A stretch of DNA of 64,000 nucleotides from an uncultured cyanobacterium (GCA_963744145.1 CAVUSO010000001.1:2976001-3040000), one strand, 5' to 3'. Positions 1 through 8,547 are shown, counted from the stretch's first letter. The notes: generated by a model from the sequence alone, not told the origin. Numbers and translations: made by a program.

Positions 1-52
1 CTAAACTTGTCGTAGTAAGATTAACTTTACACTTATATGTTTTTGAGGCCGA

Positions 53-328
53 ATGTTCATCAATATCGACTTGATGCTGAAGCATACATCCACGCCCCTT
101 TCGGTTCAACGTCAATCAGTAGATGAAGCTGCCAAGGTTTATCAGCAAATTCTCGAGGCGATCCGAGATGGTAGTCCCAAGATTATTGAGCTGACCTGTG
201 AGCGTTATCCAGATAAAAAATTAGCGATCATCACTAGCGAAATTTGTGCGGTCCAGATGGCTGATCGCATGAGTACAACTTCAGCTAGTAGTGGAAAACC
301 TCCTGGTTTTGCTGCACTTGCTTCATGA
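53..328 (+). CDS. Conserved cyanobacterial small protein (UPF0367-like)
   Basis: 91 aa; motifs PLSVQR and ELTCER..KK.AI..SEI.AVQM resemble the UPF0367 family; stop overlaps the next ATG (ATGA). Confidence 0.65.
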   Translation: MFINIDLMLKHTSTPLSVQRQSVDEAAKVYQQILEAIRDGSPKIIELTCERYPDKKLAIITSEICAVQMADRMSTTSASSGKPPGFAALAS

Positions 329-1002
329 ATGAATTTGGAATTACTGTAAAAGACCTCTGCTTTAGTTGGCCAAAGGGAACAGAGGTTCTAAATTCCTGCT
401 CTTTGGCCGTTCCCAAGGGTGAGTTTTGGATGCTCTTGGGTACTAATGGGAGTGGTAAATCGACTCTACTCAGGTTGTTGGCTGGTTTATTAACTCCCCA
501 GTCTGGTCAGATTGATATTAGTCAATATGTAGGTTTTGTGTTCCAAAATCCTGACCATCAGTTGGTGATGCCCTCAGTTGGGGCGGATGTAGCGTTTGGA
601 CTGGTGGAGGAAAATCTGTCTTTAACCCAAATCCATCATCGGGTTGAAGAAGCTTTAAATGCAGTCAATTTGTTGGCTTTCCAGCGTCGTCCGATTTATG
701 CTTTGAGTGGTGGACAAAAACAACGGATTGCGATCGCTGGTGCGATCGCTAGGCATTGTGAAGTTTTACTTTTAGATGAACCGACAGCTTTATTAGATCC
801 GGATTCCCAGTTAGAGTTGGTGGCTCAAGTCCAGCGTTTGGTCAAAAGTCGAGGTTTAACTGCTTTATGGGTGACTCATCGTTTGGATGAGTTAAATTAC
901 TGCGATGGGGCTTTTTTATTAGCCCAGGGACAAGTAGTTGATCAGGGTGACCCTGAACCTCTCAAGCAACGTCTGATGCGGATCGATTTTGGCCAAGATT
1001 AG
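325..1002 (+). CDS. ECF/CbiO-type ABC transporter ATP-binding protein
   Basis: Walker A GTNGSGKST, Q-loop VFQNPDHQ, signature LSGGQKQR, Walker B LLLDEPT. Confidence 0.9.
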   Translation: MNEFGITVKDLCFSWPKGTEVLNSCSLAVPKGEFWMLLGTNGSGKSTLLRLLAGLLTPQSGQIDISQYVGFVFQNPDHQLVMPSVGADVAFGLVEENLSLTQIHHRVEEALNAVNLLAFQRRPIYALSGGQKQRIAIAGAIARHCEVLLLDEPTALLDPDSQLELVAQVQRLVKSRGLTALWVTHRLDELNYCDGAFLLAQGQVVDQGDPEPLKQRLMRIDFGQD

Positions 1003-1121
1003 GAGTTAGCTCAGAGGTATTTTTTTTTGAACTTTTGTTAAAAAATGTCACGATAATGAAATAATTTTCAGTACGATAGAAGGTAACCCTAGATCAGCCG
1101 GATATAGCTTGGCTTCGGAAA

Positions 1122-1679
1122 ATGCCTTCTTCATCAGTGGGAGCGATTTTACTAGTAGACGGATATAATGTGATTGGCCTATGGCCTTGCTTATGCAAGA
1201 CCCGCGATCGCTATGGTTTAGAAGCTTCACGTTGTCAGCTAATCGAAGTGCTGATTAGCTATAGTGCTTTCCAGGGATATGACACCAGAATAGTTTTTGA
1301 TTCTCAGTATCGAGATGGTCCCAGTACGACGGAAACATTTAGTGAAAATTTATCAGTTTATTATACTAACTTTGGCCAAACTGCCGATACTTTTATCGAA
1401 AAAGCTTGTGCTTCCTTTCGTTATGATATTCAAAAGTTACATAAACGTCTAATTGTGGCGACATCCGATCGCGCCCAGCAACTGACAGTAGTTGGTTATG
1501 GAGCAGAGTGGATGTCTGCACATCAGTTAGTTACCGATGTCGAAGTAAGTAAATATCGCGTTCGTCAAAAACAGCAGCAAAAAAAACGAGCCGATGGTCG
1601 CTTTTTGGGCAATTCCTTAAATCAAGCCGCCTTGGAACGTTTGGCCAATCTTCGTCAAAGTCTACATCAAAAAAAATAA
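1122..1679 (+). CDS. NYN-domain (YacP/Rae1-like) ribonuclease
   Basis: LLVDGYNVIG, IVFD, TADTFIE and VATSD motifs of NYN_YacP. Confidence 0.85.
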   Translation: MPSSSVGAILLVDGYNVIGLWPCLCKTRDRYGLEASRCQLIEVLISYSAFQGYDTRIVFDSQYRDGPSTTETFSENLSVYYTNFGQTADTFIEKACASFRYDIQKLHKRLIVATSDRAQQLTVVGYGAEWMSAHQLVTDVEVSKYRVRQKQQQKKRADGRFLGNSLNQAALERLANLRQSLHQKK

Positions 1680-1699
1680 AAAAAAGTTGCTTTCAGGTA

Positions 1700-1729
1700 T
1701 TGACAAACTTGCTCAGGTGTGAGTAACAT
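1700..1729 (+). promoter_or_regulatory. sigma70-type promoter of tRNA-Asn
   Basis: TTGACA (1700-1705), 18 nt, TAACAT (1724-1729), about 30 nt upstream of the tRNA. Confidence 0.55.
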
Positions 1730-1760
1730 AAGAAAATGTGAATAGCTACTAAACACACAA

Positions 1761-1832
1761 TCCTCAGTAGCTCAGTGGTAGAGCGATCGGCTGTTAACCG
1801 ATTGGTCGTAGGTTCGAATCCTACCTGGGGAG
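1761..1832 (+). tRNA. trnN: tRNA-Asn(GTT)
   Basis: Acceptor stem TCCTCAG/CTGGGGA, D arm AGCTCAGTGGTAGAGC, anticodon loop CTGTTAA, T arm GGTTCGAATCC; CCA not encoded. Confidence 0.97.
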
Positions 1833-1975
1833 TTAAATTATATTATCATTTCTATGAGTTTGTGCGACAACAAAGCTTATGCACTTGACTGACCTGTACA
1901 ATTATGCTGTAATGCAAGCATAGGCCCTGACTGACCCCAAAAAATCTTGTATGGCTAACTATATTCAAGAAACCA

Positions 1976-2869
1976 GTGGGTTACTGCAAATATCTCATGG
2001 TCGAAATAGAGAAGCGAATCGACCAACACAGATTATTTGGACTAGATTCCCTACAAGAGCATTTGTTTCGGTTTTGTAAGGCTGTCATAACAGCAGATAG
2101 TGCTACAGTAAAGAAATTTATTTTTTACGATTTGGTTCCTTCTATATTTCTTTACGGACCGCCAAACACAGGGAAAACAACTCTGTGTTATTTGTTGTTT
2201 GACCGTCTGAAAAAAGAAGTCACCAATGAAATCAATTTTTACACTATTGATATTGGTAAGATGCTTGATCCTGCGTTAGGACAGTCATCTCGTAATTTAG
2301 AGCAAGCATTTGAAGATTTACGGAAAGCTTGTTCAGATGATTCATCAGCATTTTTAGTGCTAGATGAACTGGATTCTTTCTGTATGAACCGTAGTCGTGT
2401 TCAGGAGCATGATGCGATCCGTCGAGCAATGACAACTCTCATATTAGAACTTGACAAATTACATCCATCCTCAACCAGAAAATTGATTTTGTTCGGGATT
2501 ACTAATGTAGATCAACTAATTGATACAGCAGTGGTGCGTAGATTTTCCCTAAAGTATTGTGTTGATGCTAATCTTTTTTGGGAAGATTTTCGAGCTTATA
2601 TTGAGTATTTGAGTAAGCCAATTAACTACTCTCCTCAAGATCAAGATTTGCAGGCTTTATATGATATTTATCAACATCGTGCTTTCAAATCAGGAGACAT
2701 AAAAGCTCTTTATAAGGTTTTATTGATTGATGTCATTTGTGAAAACAAAGAAATTTCGATCAGAGATAAATTATTTAAGCTCTTTGAAGAAGGGTTCTCA
2801 ACTCACGAGCATTTAGTTAAAACTTACGGAGAATTTGCAAATGGCAGACAAAAAATGGCTAACAGATGA
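1976..2869 (+). CDS. Classical-clade AAA+ ATPase, Pch2/TRIP13-like (start may be ATG 1997)
   Basis: Walker A YGPPNTGKTTLC, Walker B FLVLDELDS, EHDAIRRAMTTL, sensor GITN, arginine finger IDTAVVRRF. Confidence 0.8.
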   Translation: MGYCKYLMVEIEKRIDQHRLFGLDSLQEHLFRFCKAVITADSATVKKFIFYDLVPSIFLYGPPNTGKTTLCYLLFDRLKKEVTNEINFYTIDIGKMLDPALGQSSRNLEQAFEDLRKACSDDSSAFLVLDELDSFCMNRSRVQEHDAIRRAMTTLILELDKLHPSSTRKLILFGITNVDQLIDTAVVRRFSLKYCVDANLFWEDFRAYIEYLSKPINYSPQDQDLQALYDIYQHRAFKSGDIKALYKVLLIDVICENKEISIRDKLFKLFEEGFSTHEHLVKTYGEFANGRQKMANR

Positions 2870-3065
2870 GGATAGGATGATCGATAGTTATAAAGCTCAC
2901 AGAGACTTGATCACCTGGATTATGAACAAGTTGCAAGCAGAGGGAATTGATTGTCGTAGAACAACAAGCAATGATTCTCATGGTGATATTCTTTACTATA
3001 AGCATGAAGACGCGCCAAGAGTGAAGGAAATTATCCGCGAAATTAACTCTAAGTATAATCCGTAG
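2841..3065 (+). CDS. Small protein (74 aa), possibly the N-terminal half of a PD-(D/E)xK nuclease fold
   Basis: ATG 2841 with GGAG upstream, overlaps the ATPase 3' end; LQAEGIDCRRTTSNDSHGDILY resembles the Mrr-type L..GY.V..T..s.D.G.D segment. Confidence 0.6.
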   Translation: MADKKWLTDEDRMIDSYKAHRDLITWIMNKLQAEGIDCRRTTSNDSHGDILYYKHEDAPRVKEIIREINSKYNP

Positions 3066-3074
3066 GATGTTTAT

Positions 3075-3282
3075 ATGCCATATATTGAAATCAAAGTCCG
3101 TCAACAGATCGACTCAACTTTAGCACAAAAGATTATTGACAAGAAATGTGTGACCGCTGTACTAACTACAGGGAAAATTACGGGTCCAAGCAAAGAAACT
3201 CTTTGATGAAAATGACATAGCATATGCAGAAAATGTTCCTGAGAAAGAGTTTAGGGAATCTGAAGCTAAGGAGGAAGGATAA
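3075..3282 (+). pseudogene. Frameshifted 68-aa ORF, possibly the C-terminal half of a PD-(D/E)xK nuclease fold
   Basis: Reads MPYIEIKVRQQIDSTLAQKIIDKKCVTAVLTTGKITGP, then one extra A at about 3188-3189; the corrected frame AKKLFDENDIAYAENVPEKEFRESEAKEEG ends in a TAATG overlap with ATG 3282; not in the ORF track. Confidence 0.7.
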
Positions 3283-3650
3283 TGTTAGACATTTCATTCT
3301 ACTCAGACGACAAAAAGATAGTTGATACAGTTTCTCTTTCAGAAGGATTTTACCTTTGGCTAAGTAAGTCAGACTTTTCTAAGATTGGCAAGTCTGAAGA
3401 AAAGGAGATGAAAGCAGATGAAGAAGTTGTAAAAGTTCCTGTTGTTTTTCTTGAAGGTGAAAATCGGAGAAAGTTTAGCACTTTTTTTCGTGATGCAATT
3501 GTCCAAGAAAGTAATGAAATGTTAGATAAACTAGGTTCTTCACCTTCAATGAAAGAATACTCTGACTATTCCTATAAGCTGAAAACTTTGCATGATATAC
3601 TTAAGCTGGTAGAGAATGAAAAAAACAAGTATTTGGGGCGAGTAGAATAA
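3282..3650 (+). CDS. Hypothetical protein (122 aa), last gene of the AAA operon
   Basis: Strong RBS AGGAGG and TAATG coupling; no recognised motif. Confidence 0.7.
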   Translation: MLDISFYSDDKKIVDTVSLSEGFYLWLSKSDFSKIGKSEEKEMKADEEVVKVPVVFLEGENRRKFSTFFRDAIVQESNEMLDKLGSSPSMKEYSDYSYKLKTLHDILKLVENEKNKYLGRVE

Positions 3651-3940
3651 CCATATTAGCATAAAAAGACTTTGAAGTGAATTGCCTTATCCATCACTTT
3701 AGCTAAGTGCGATCGCCAATTTTGACTGCTAAAACTAGAGCGATCGCCTTTCGTTCCGCTTTTAAACCTGTCAATAGATCAGCCAAAGTAACATTGTTAT
3801 TTTCCATATTGGAAAATAAGATTCTGCCCTGTCATTGCGATCGAAACGACACAATCTCAAACTCTGGCGATCGCTCAATAAAGTTCAGTTAAATGTAGGT
3901 GAGGGCGATCGCACTTCCAACTACACCAATTTTCCCTAAT

Positions 3941-4040
3941 ATATAGCGGTTCTCAATGAGAGTGAGGTACGCTTTTAATCTTGAAAGCCTTTCTCTGCTT
4001 ACAGTTAAGCGTACCTTATGGCTCACAGAAACGCGCTTAT
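3941..4040. repeat. Short imperfect palindromic dispersed element (TATAGCGGTTCTC...GAGGTAC type)
   Basis: Perfect inner inverted repeat AGGTACGCTT (3965-3974) / AAGCGTACCT (4007-4016), with degenerate outer arms. Confidence 0.5.
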
Positions 4041-4871
4041 TTAACGAACACGATAGGTAACAGCTACTTCACGGAAGACTTCAATCACCGTTAGTCTTTC
4101 AGGATTGTAAGCGGAAGGGGGATGGCGGAAAACTTCTGTAACAATATTTTGCTCCTGGCTGCAAGGAGAGTAGAAGCGTCCGATAAAAGGAAGCTCGGCA
4201 ACAGATGGTACATCTGCTAACTGTACTCCCATTGCTTTGGCGATCGCATCAGCCCGCAATTTAGCATCTTTCATGGCAGCTTGGTAGGCATTTTGCTCCA
4301 CCAGTTCACAGCTATCCACCAGATATTGAACATAGATATCTTCCAGGTGGATTTTCTTGGAATTATCGGTTTTAGATGGTAAGACATTTTTGACAGCGTT
4401 GACAATCTCGGCCAGCTTTACCTGGGTAGGTTTCTCTAATTCAATAGCAATAGTAGCCGCATTCCTTCTGTTATAGTAGAATCTCTTGTCTTCAAGTGGA
4501 TTAATCAGGACTTTAATTTTATTTTCAGGTACACCGGCTGCTTTCAGAGCTGCTACAATATAGTTTAGCGACTCTGCCGTAATAGGTTCTTGGGGGGATT
4601 TGGGTGGCTGATTGGGTAAGGGGGGATACTCGTCTGGGGGATTCTGATTGGTGAGCACAATATCAATCCGAGCCAAATCTGCTGGAACTCTGGCATAACC
4701 CTGTCCAGTGACTGCAATGGTTTGCCGATCGCCACTAGGTGGATAGAAAAACTGGGCAAGACGGGTGTTCTGGACAGGAGCAGGTGCAGCAATTGTACAA
4801 ACTGGAAAAATCGATTCAACAGCGATCGCCAGAATAGCAAAAACCAAGTTGAAGTGAATTGGCCTAGTCAT
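4041..4871 (-). CDS. SIMPL (DUF541) domain protein with signal peptide
   Basis: N-terminal hydrophobic stretch; TIAVTGQGYARVPADLA and AAMKDAKLRADAIAKAMGVQL motifs. Confidence 0.85.
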   Translation of the reverse strand: MTRPIHFNLVFAILAIAVESIFPVCTIAAPAPVQNTRLAQFFYPPSGDRQTIAVTGQGYARVPADLARIDIVLTNQNPPDEYPPLPNQPPKSPQEPITAESLNYIVAALKAAGVPENKIKVLINPLEDKRFYYNRRNAATIAIELEKPTQVKLAEIVNAVKNVLPSKTDNSKKIHLEDIYVQYLVDSCELVEQNAYQAAMKDAKLRADAIAKAMGVQLADVPSVAELPFIGRFYSPCSQEQNIVTEVFRHPPSAYNPERLTVIEVFREVAVTYRVR

Positions 4872-4988
4872 TGATGAATTCCTAAAAACTAGAATTTTCT
4901 CATTTAAATAATGGCTCTACTCTAAACTGAATTGCGATCAACGCACAAAGGGATTTGCTATAGCGGGGTGCGATCGCCATAAATACTA

Positions 4989-5750
4989 TTATTTATCCCA
5001 AATACAAATAGACTCTGGTTTGACTGGACAAACTTTGTTATTAATTGGATTATTTTTGAGATAAACTCTATCAAGTTTAGTTAAGGATTGTAATGGGGTT
5101 AGATTTGTAATTTGATTATTATTAATGTAGACATCACGAAGATTAGGCAAAGATTTTAATGGGCTTATATCTGTAATCTGATTACGGTCAAGCTGAAGAT
5201 ATTCAAGATTAATCAAAGGTTTTAATGGGGTTATATCAACAATTTGATTATCGTTAAGATAGAGAAAATCAAGATTAGTTAAAGATGCTAATGAGGTGAT
5301 ATCACTAATTTGATTATTATTAATATAGAGAGAGCCAAGATTAATCAAAAATTGTAATGAGGTTATATTATTAATGTGATTATTATTAAGATAAAGAAAT
5401 TTAAGATTAATCAAAAATTGTAAGGTCGTTATATTACTAATTTGATTATGATCAAGCTGGAGAGCTTCAAGATTAATCAATGATTGTAAGGGAGTTAGAT
5501 CACTGATTTGATTGTTACCAAGAGTTAGGGATTGAAGATTAGTCAATGATTGTAAGGGAGTTAGATCACTAATTTTTTTGTACCATGTTTCTATTAGTTC
5601 TATATTTGTTAACTTTAAAAGTTTTTGATTAGCCTGATCACAATCATTGCTCTTGATATAGTTCAATAACGCCTCAACTGTATATTTAACTGGAGCAGCC
5701 AAACTATCTTTATTATTACACCAATCTGCAAAGTTCCAGAGGCTACTTGT
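4989..5750 (-). pseudogene. Internalin-like leucine-rich repeat protein, 5'-truncated
   Basis: About eight 22-aa LRRs (ISDLTPLQSLTNLxxLxLxxNQ); the frame continues upstream of TTG 5702 as TSSLWNFADWCNNKDSL to an in-frame TAA preceded by AIAE at a HIP1 site; no ATG. Confidence 0.7.
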
Positions 5751-5783
5751 TTACTCAGCGATCGCCCGTACTTTCTAATTGAG

Positions 5784-6296
5784 TTAAGCATCAGGATTAT
5801 CTCCTTGGTGGAGCTGATTTAATAGAATATCAAGGATGCGACGATTTTCAGTTTGGAGTCCGCGAATTTCCTCTTGTTGTTGAAAAATAATTGTTTGTTG
5901 ATGTGTGATATTTGCTTGATGTTGATCCATTCTTTGAAATAACTGTTCTCGTTCCTCTCTAGCTTCTGCTGCTACATTTACTAAAGTTTGAATAGCGCGA
6001 GCATTACTCTCAATTAAGCGATTGTTATTCTCAGTCGCGATCGCAATATTATCCACCCGATTGGTCAAAGTTTCGAGGGAACTAGCGATATTATCCACCC
6101 GATTGGTCAAACCTTCTACCGAACTAGCGATATTATCCACCCGATTGGTCAAACTTTCTACCGAACTAGCGATATTATCCACCCGATTGGTCAAACTTTC
6201 TACCGAACTAGCGATACTATCCACCCGATTGGTCAAACCTTCTACCGAATTAGCTAGACGATCTAGTCTTCCATCATCCCATTGCTGTCTACTCAT
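5784..6296 (-). CDS. Coiled-coil heptad-repeat protein (paralog 1)
   Basis: Starts MSRQQWDDGRLDRL; 14-aa repeats (IASSVESLTNRVDN); C-terminus EIRGLQTENRRILD. Confidence 0.75.
   Translation of the reverse strand: MSRQQWDDGRLDRLANSVEGLTNRVDSIASSVESLTNRVDNIASSVESLTNRVDNIASSVEGLTNRVDNIASSLETLTNRVDNIAIATENNNRLIESNARAIQTLVNVAAEAREEREQLFQRMDQHQANITHQQTIIFQQQEEIRGLQTENRRILDILLNQLHQGDNPDA
6042..6255. repeat. In-frame 42-nt tandem repeat (about 5 units)
   Basis: GCGATATTATCCACCCGATTGGTCAAAcTTTCTACCGAACTA repeated head to tail. Confidence 0.9.
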
Positions 6297-6505
6297 AAAT
6301 TTTTTCCCCAACTTGCTGGTTTTTATGATAACTTAGATTTTAGTTATTTTACTTAATCATTCTGCGATCATCTTACTTTTCTGCGATGCGATCGCGCAGG
6401 ATAGATTTTTGGGGATAAATATTATCGTGTATAATGCTCAGAGAATACACCTATTAATCGAGCCAGATAGAAACATTAACTACTTTGAACAGGGTAAAGA
6501 TCGCC

Positions 6506-7081
6506 ATGACTAGCTTAACATTAAACCTTAACCCCATTATTAAACTGACAGATGAACAATTTTTTCAACTCTGTCAAGAAAATGACAATATTAGATTAGA
6601 ACGCACCGCTAAAGGAGAATTAATTATCATGTCACCCGCAGGAGGAGAAACTGGAAATCGGAATGGAAGATTAACACAGCAATTATTCAATTGGGTGGAT
6701 CAAGATGCTAGCGGTATTGCGTTTGATTCTTCCACGGGATTTAAACTACCTAATGGTGCAGATAGATCACCTGATGCTGCTTGGGTAAAGTTAGAACGTT
6801 GGAATGCTTTAACTCCTGAACAAAAAACGAAATTTCCTCCTTTGTGTCCAGATTTTGTGGTGGAATTACTTTCACCGAGTGATAGTTTGAAAGAAACTCA
6901 GGATAAGATGAAGGAATATCGAGATAATGGTGTACTTTTGGGGTTGTTAATTAATCGCAAAAATCAACAAGTAGAAATTTATCGACCAGGTAGAGAAGTT
7001 GAGGTATTAGATCATCCTACTCAGATATCTGGTGATCCGGTTCTCCCTGGTTTTGTGTTAAACTTAGCATCAATTTGGTAG
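6506..7081 (+). CDS. Uma2 family PD-(D/E)xK putative endonuclease, copy 1
   Basis: RLERTAKGELIIMSP, FDSSTGFKLPNGADRSPDAAWV, CPDFVVELLSPSD, KMKEY motifs. Confidence 0.93.
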   Translation: MTSLTLNLNPIIKLTDEQFFQLCQENDNIRLERTAKGELIIMSPAGGETGNRNGRLTQQLFNWVDQDASGIAFDSSTGFKLPNGADRSPDAAWVKLERWNALTPEQKTKFPPLCPDFVVELLSPSDSLKETQDKMKEYRDNGVLLGLLINRKNQQVEIYRPGREVEVLDHPTQISGDPVLPGFVLNLASIW

Positions 7082-7225
7082 CGATAACAGTGATGAGAAA
7101 TGCGATCGCTTTTTTTCTAAAGTGCGATCGCACCTAATTTATTATAGTGTATAATGCTCAGAAAATGTACCTGTTAATCGAGCCAGATTGAAACCTTAAC
7201 CACTTTGAAAAGAATAAATATCGCT

Positions 7226-7801
7226 ATGACCAGCTTAACATTAAACCTCAACCCCATTATTAAACTGACAGATGAACAATTTTTTCAACTCTGTCAAGAA
7301 AATGACAATGTTAGATTAGAACGCACCGCTAAAGGAGAATTAATTATTATGTCACCCGCAGGAGGAGAAACTGGAAATCGCAATGCAGGACTAACTGCAC
7401 AACTTTGGATTTGGAATGAGCAAAATAAACAAGGTATTGTTTTTGATTCTTCCACGGGATTTAAACTACCTAATGGTGCAGATAGATCACCTGATGCTGC
7501 TTGGGTAAAGTTAGAACGTTGGAATGCTTTAACTCCTGAACAAAAAACGAAATTTCCTCCTTTGTGTCCAGATTTTGTGGTGGAATTACTTTCACCGAGT
7601 GATAGTTTGAAAGAAACTCAGGATAAGATGAAGGAATATCGAGATAATGGTGTACTTTTGGGGTTGTTAATTAATCGCAAAAATCAACAAGTAGAAATTT
7701 ATCGACCAAGTAGAGAAGTTGAGGTATTAGATCATCCTACTCAGATATCTGGTGATCCGGTTCTCCCTGGTTTTGTGTTAAACTTAGCATCAATTTGGTA
7801 G
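7226..7801 (+). CDS. Uma2 family PD-(D/E)xK putative endonuclease, copy 2
   Basis: Same motifs; near-identical to copy 1 apart from one 20-codon block. Confidence 0.93.
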   Translation: MTSLTLNLNPIIKLTDEQFFQLCQENDNVRLERTAKGELIIMSPAGGETGNRNAGLTAQLWIWNEQNKQGIVFDSSTGFKLPNGADRSPDAAWVKLERWNALTPEQKTKFPPLCPDFVVELLSPSDSLKETQDKMKEYRDNGVLLGLLINRKNQQVEIYRPSREVEVLDHPTQISGDPVLPGFVLNLASIW

Positions 7802-7867
7802 CGATAACAGTGATGAGAAATGCGATCGCTTTTTCTCAAGTACGATCGCCTCAACCTTCTAATTTAA

Positions 7868-8359
7868 TTAAGCAGTAGGATGATCTCCCTGATTACGCTG
7901 ATTGATTAGAATATCAAGAATGCGACGATTTTCAGTTTGGAGTCCGCGAATTTCTTCTTGTTGCTGAACAATAATTGCTTGTTGCTGTGCCATATTTGCT
8001 TGTTGCTGTGCTATATTTTCTTGATGTTGATCCATCCTTTGAAATAACTGTTCTCGTTCTTCCCTTGCTTCTGCTGCTACATTTGCTAATGCTTGAATAA
8101 CGCGAGCATTACTCTCGATCAAGTGATTGTTATTCTCGGTCGCGATCGCAATCCGATCAACCCGATTGGTCAAATTTTCGACCGAGTTAGCGATATTATC
8201 AACCCGATTGGTCAAATTTTCGACCGAGTTAGCGATATTATCAACCCGATTGGTCAAATTTTCGATCGAGTTAGCGATATTATCAACCCGATTGGTCAAA
8301 TTTTCGACCGAGTTAGCTAGACGATCTAGTCGAGCGTCATCCCATTGCTCCCTACTCAT
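7868..8359 (-). CDS. Coiled-coil heptad-repeat protein (paralog 2)
   Basis: Starts MSREQWDDARLDRL; 14-aa repeats IANSVENLTNRVDN from 42-nt units at about 8148-8315; same C-terminus as paralog 1. Confidence 0.75.
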   Translation of the reverse strand: MSREQWDDARLDRLANSVENLTNRVDNIANSIENLTNRVDNIANSVENLTNRVDNIANSVENLTNRVDRIAIATENNNHLIESNARVIQALANVAAEAREEREQLFQRMDQHQENIAQQQANMAQQQAIIVQQQEEIRGLQTENRRILDILINQRNQGDHPTA

Positions 8360-8547
8360 AAATTTTTCTCCTAAATTGCTGATTTTTATCATAACTTCTC
8401 TTTGAGTTCTTTTGCTTACCCTGCCACGTTCGCTAATTTTTCCCCAGGTGTGAACAGCACTATGTTATAATCAAAAGGATTAAACACATATTAGTGACTT
8501 TTTATTGAGCAGCAAATCAATAATAAATTTTTAAGTGCCTAGGATAA

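Larger units (their letters stand above)
6421..7830 (+). repeat. 720-bp tandem duplication carrying a Uma2 gene and its promoter
   Basis: 6421-7110 aligns with 7141-7830 at an exact 720-nt offset; each unit has TGTATAAT upstream and ends at GCGATCGC. Confidence 0.92.

Noticed and set aside
1976..3650. Type III CBASS (CD-NTase/HORMA/TRIP13)
   Set aside because: No nucleotidyltransferase, HORMA-sized gene or known effector; only the ATPase resembles it.
3651..3930. HIP1-rich spacer: ORF 3707-3892, a short minus-strand frame (MENNNVTLADLLTGLKAERKAI) and a degenerate TGTCATTGCGA...CAATCTC repeat
   Set aside because: Too short and degenerate to assign; probably a gene remnant plus a dispersed repeat.
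6506..7801. Diversity-generating retroelement template/variable pair in the Uma2 duplicates
   Set aside because: The differences are not confined to adenines, both copies are full genes, and there is no reverse transcriptase in the window.
6042..8315. 42-nt repeats as a CRISPR array
   Set aside because: The units are contiguous with no unique spacers, are multiples of 3 nt, encode heptads inside ORFs, and no cas genes are nearby.
6022..8405. Plus-strand ORFs 6022-6336, 8093-8320 and 8127-8405 with STRLVK repeats
   Set aside because: Antisense readings of the coiled-coil repeats.
1761..8500. Integrative island or prophage with att sites at tRNA-Asn
   Set aside because: No integrase, and I saw no duplicated tRNA 3' end (CCTACCTGGGGAG) in the window.
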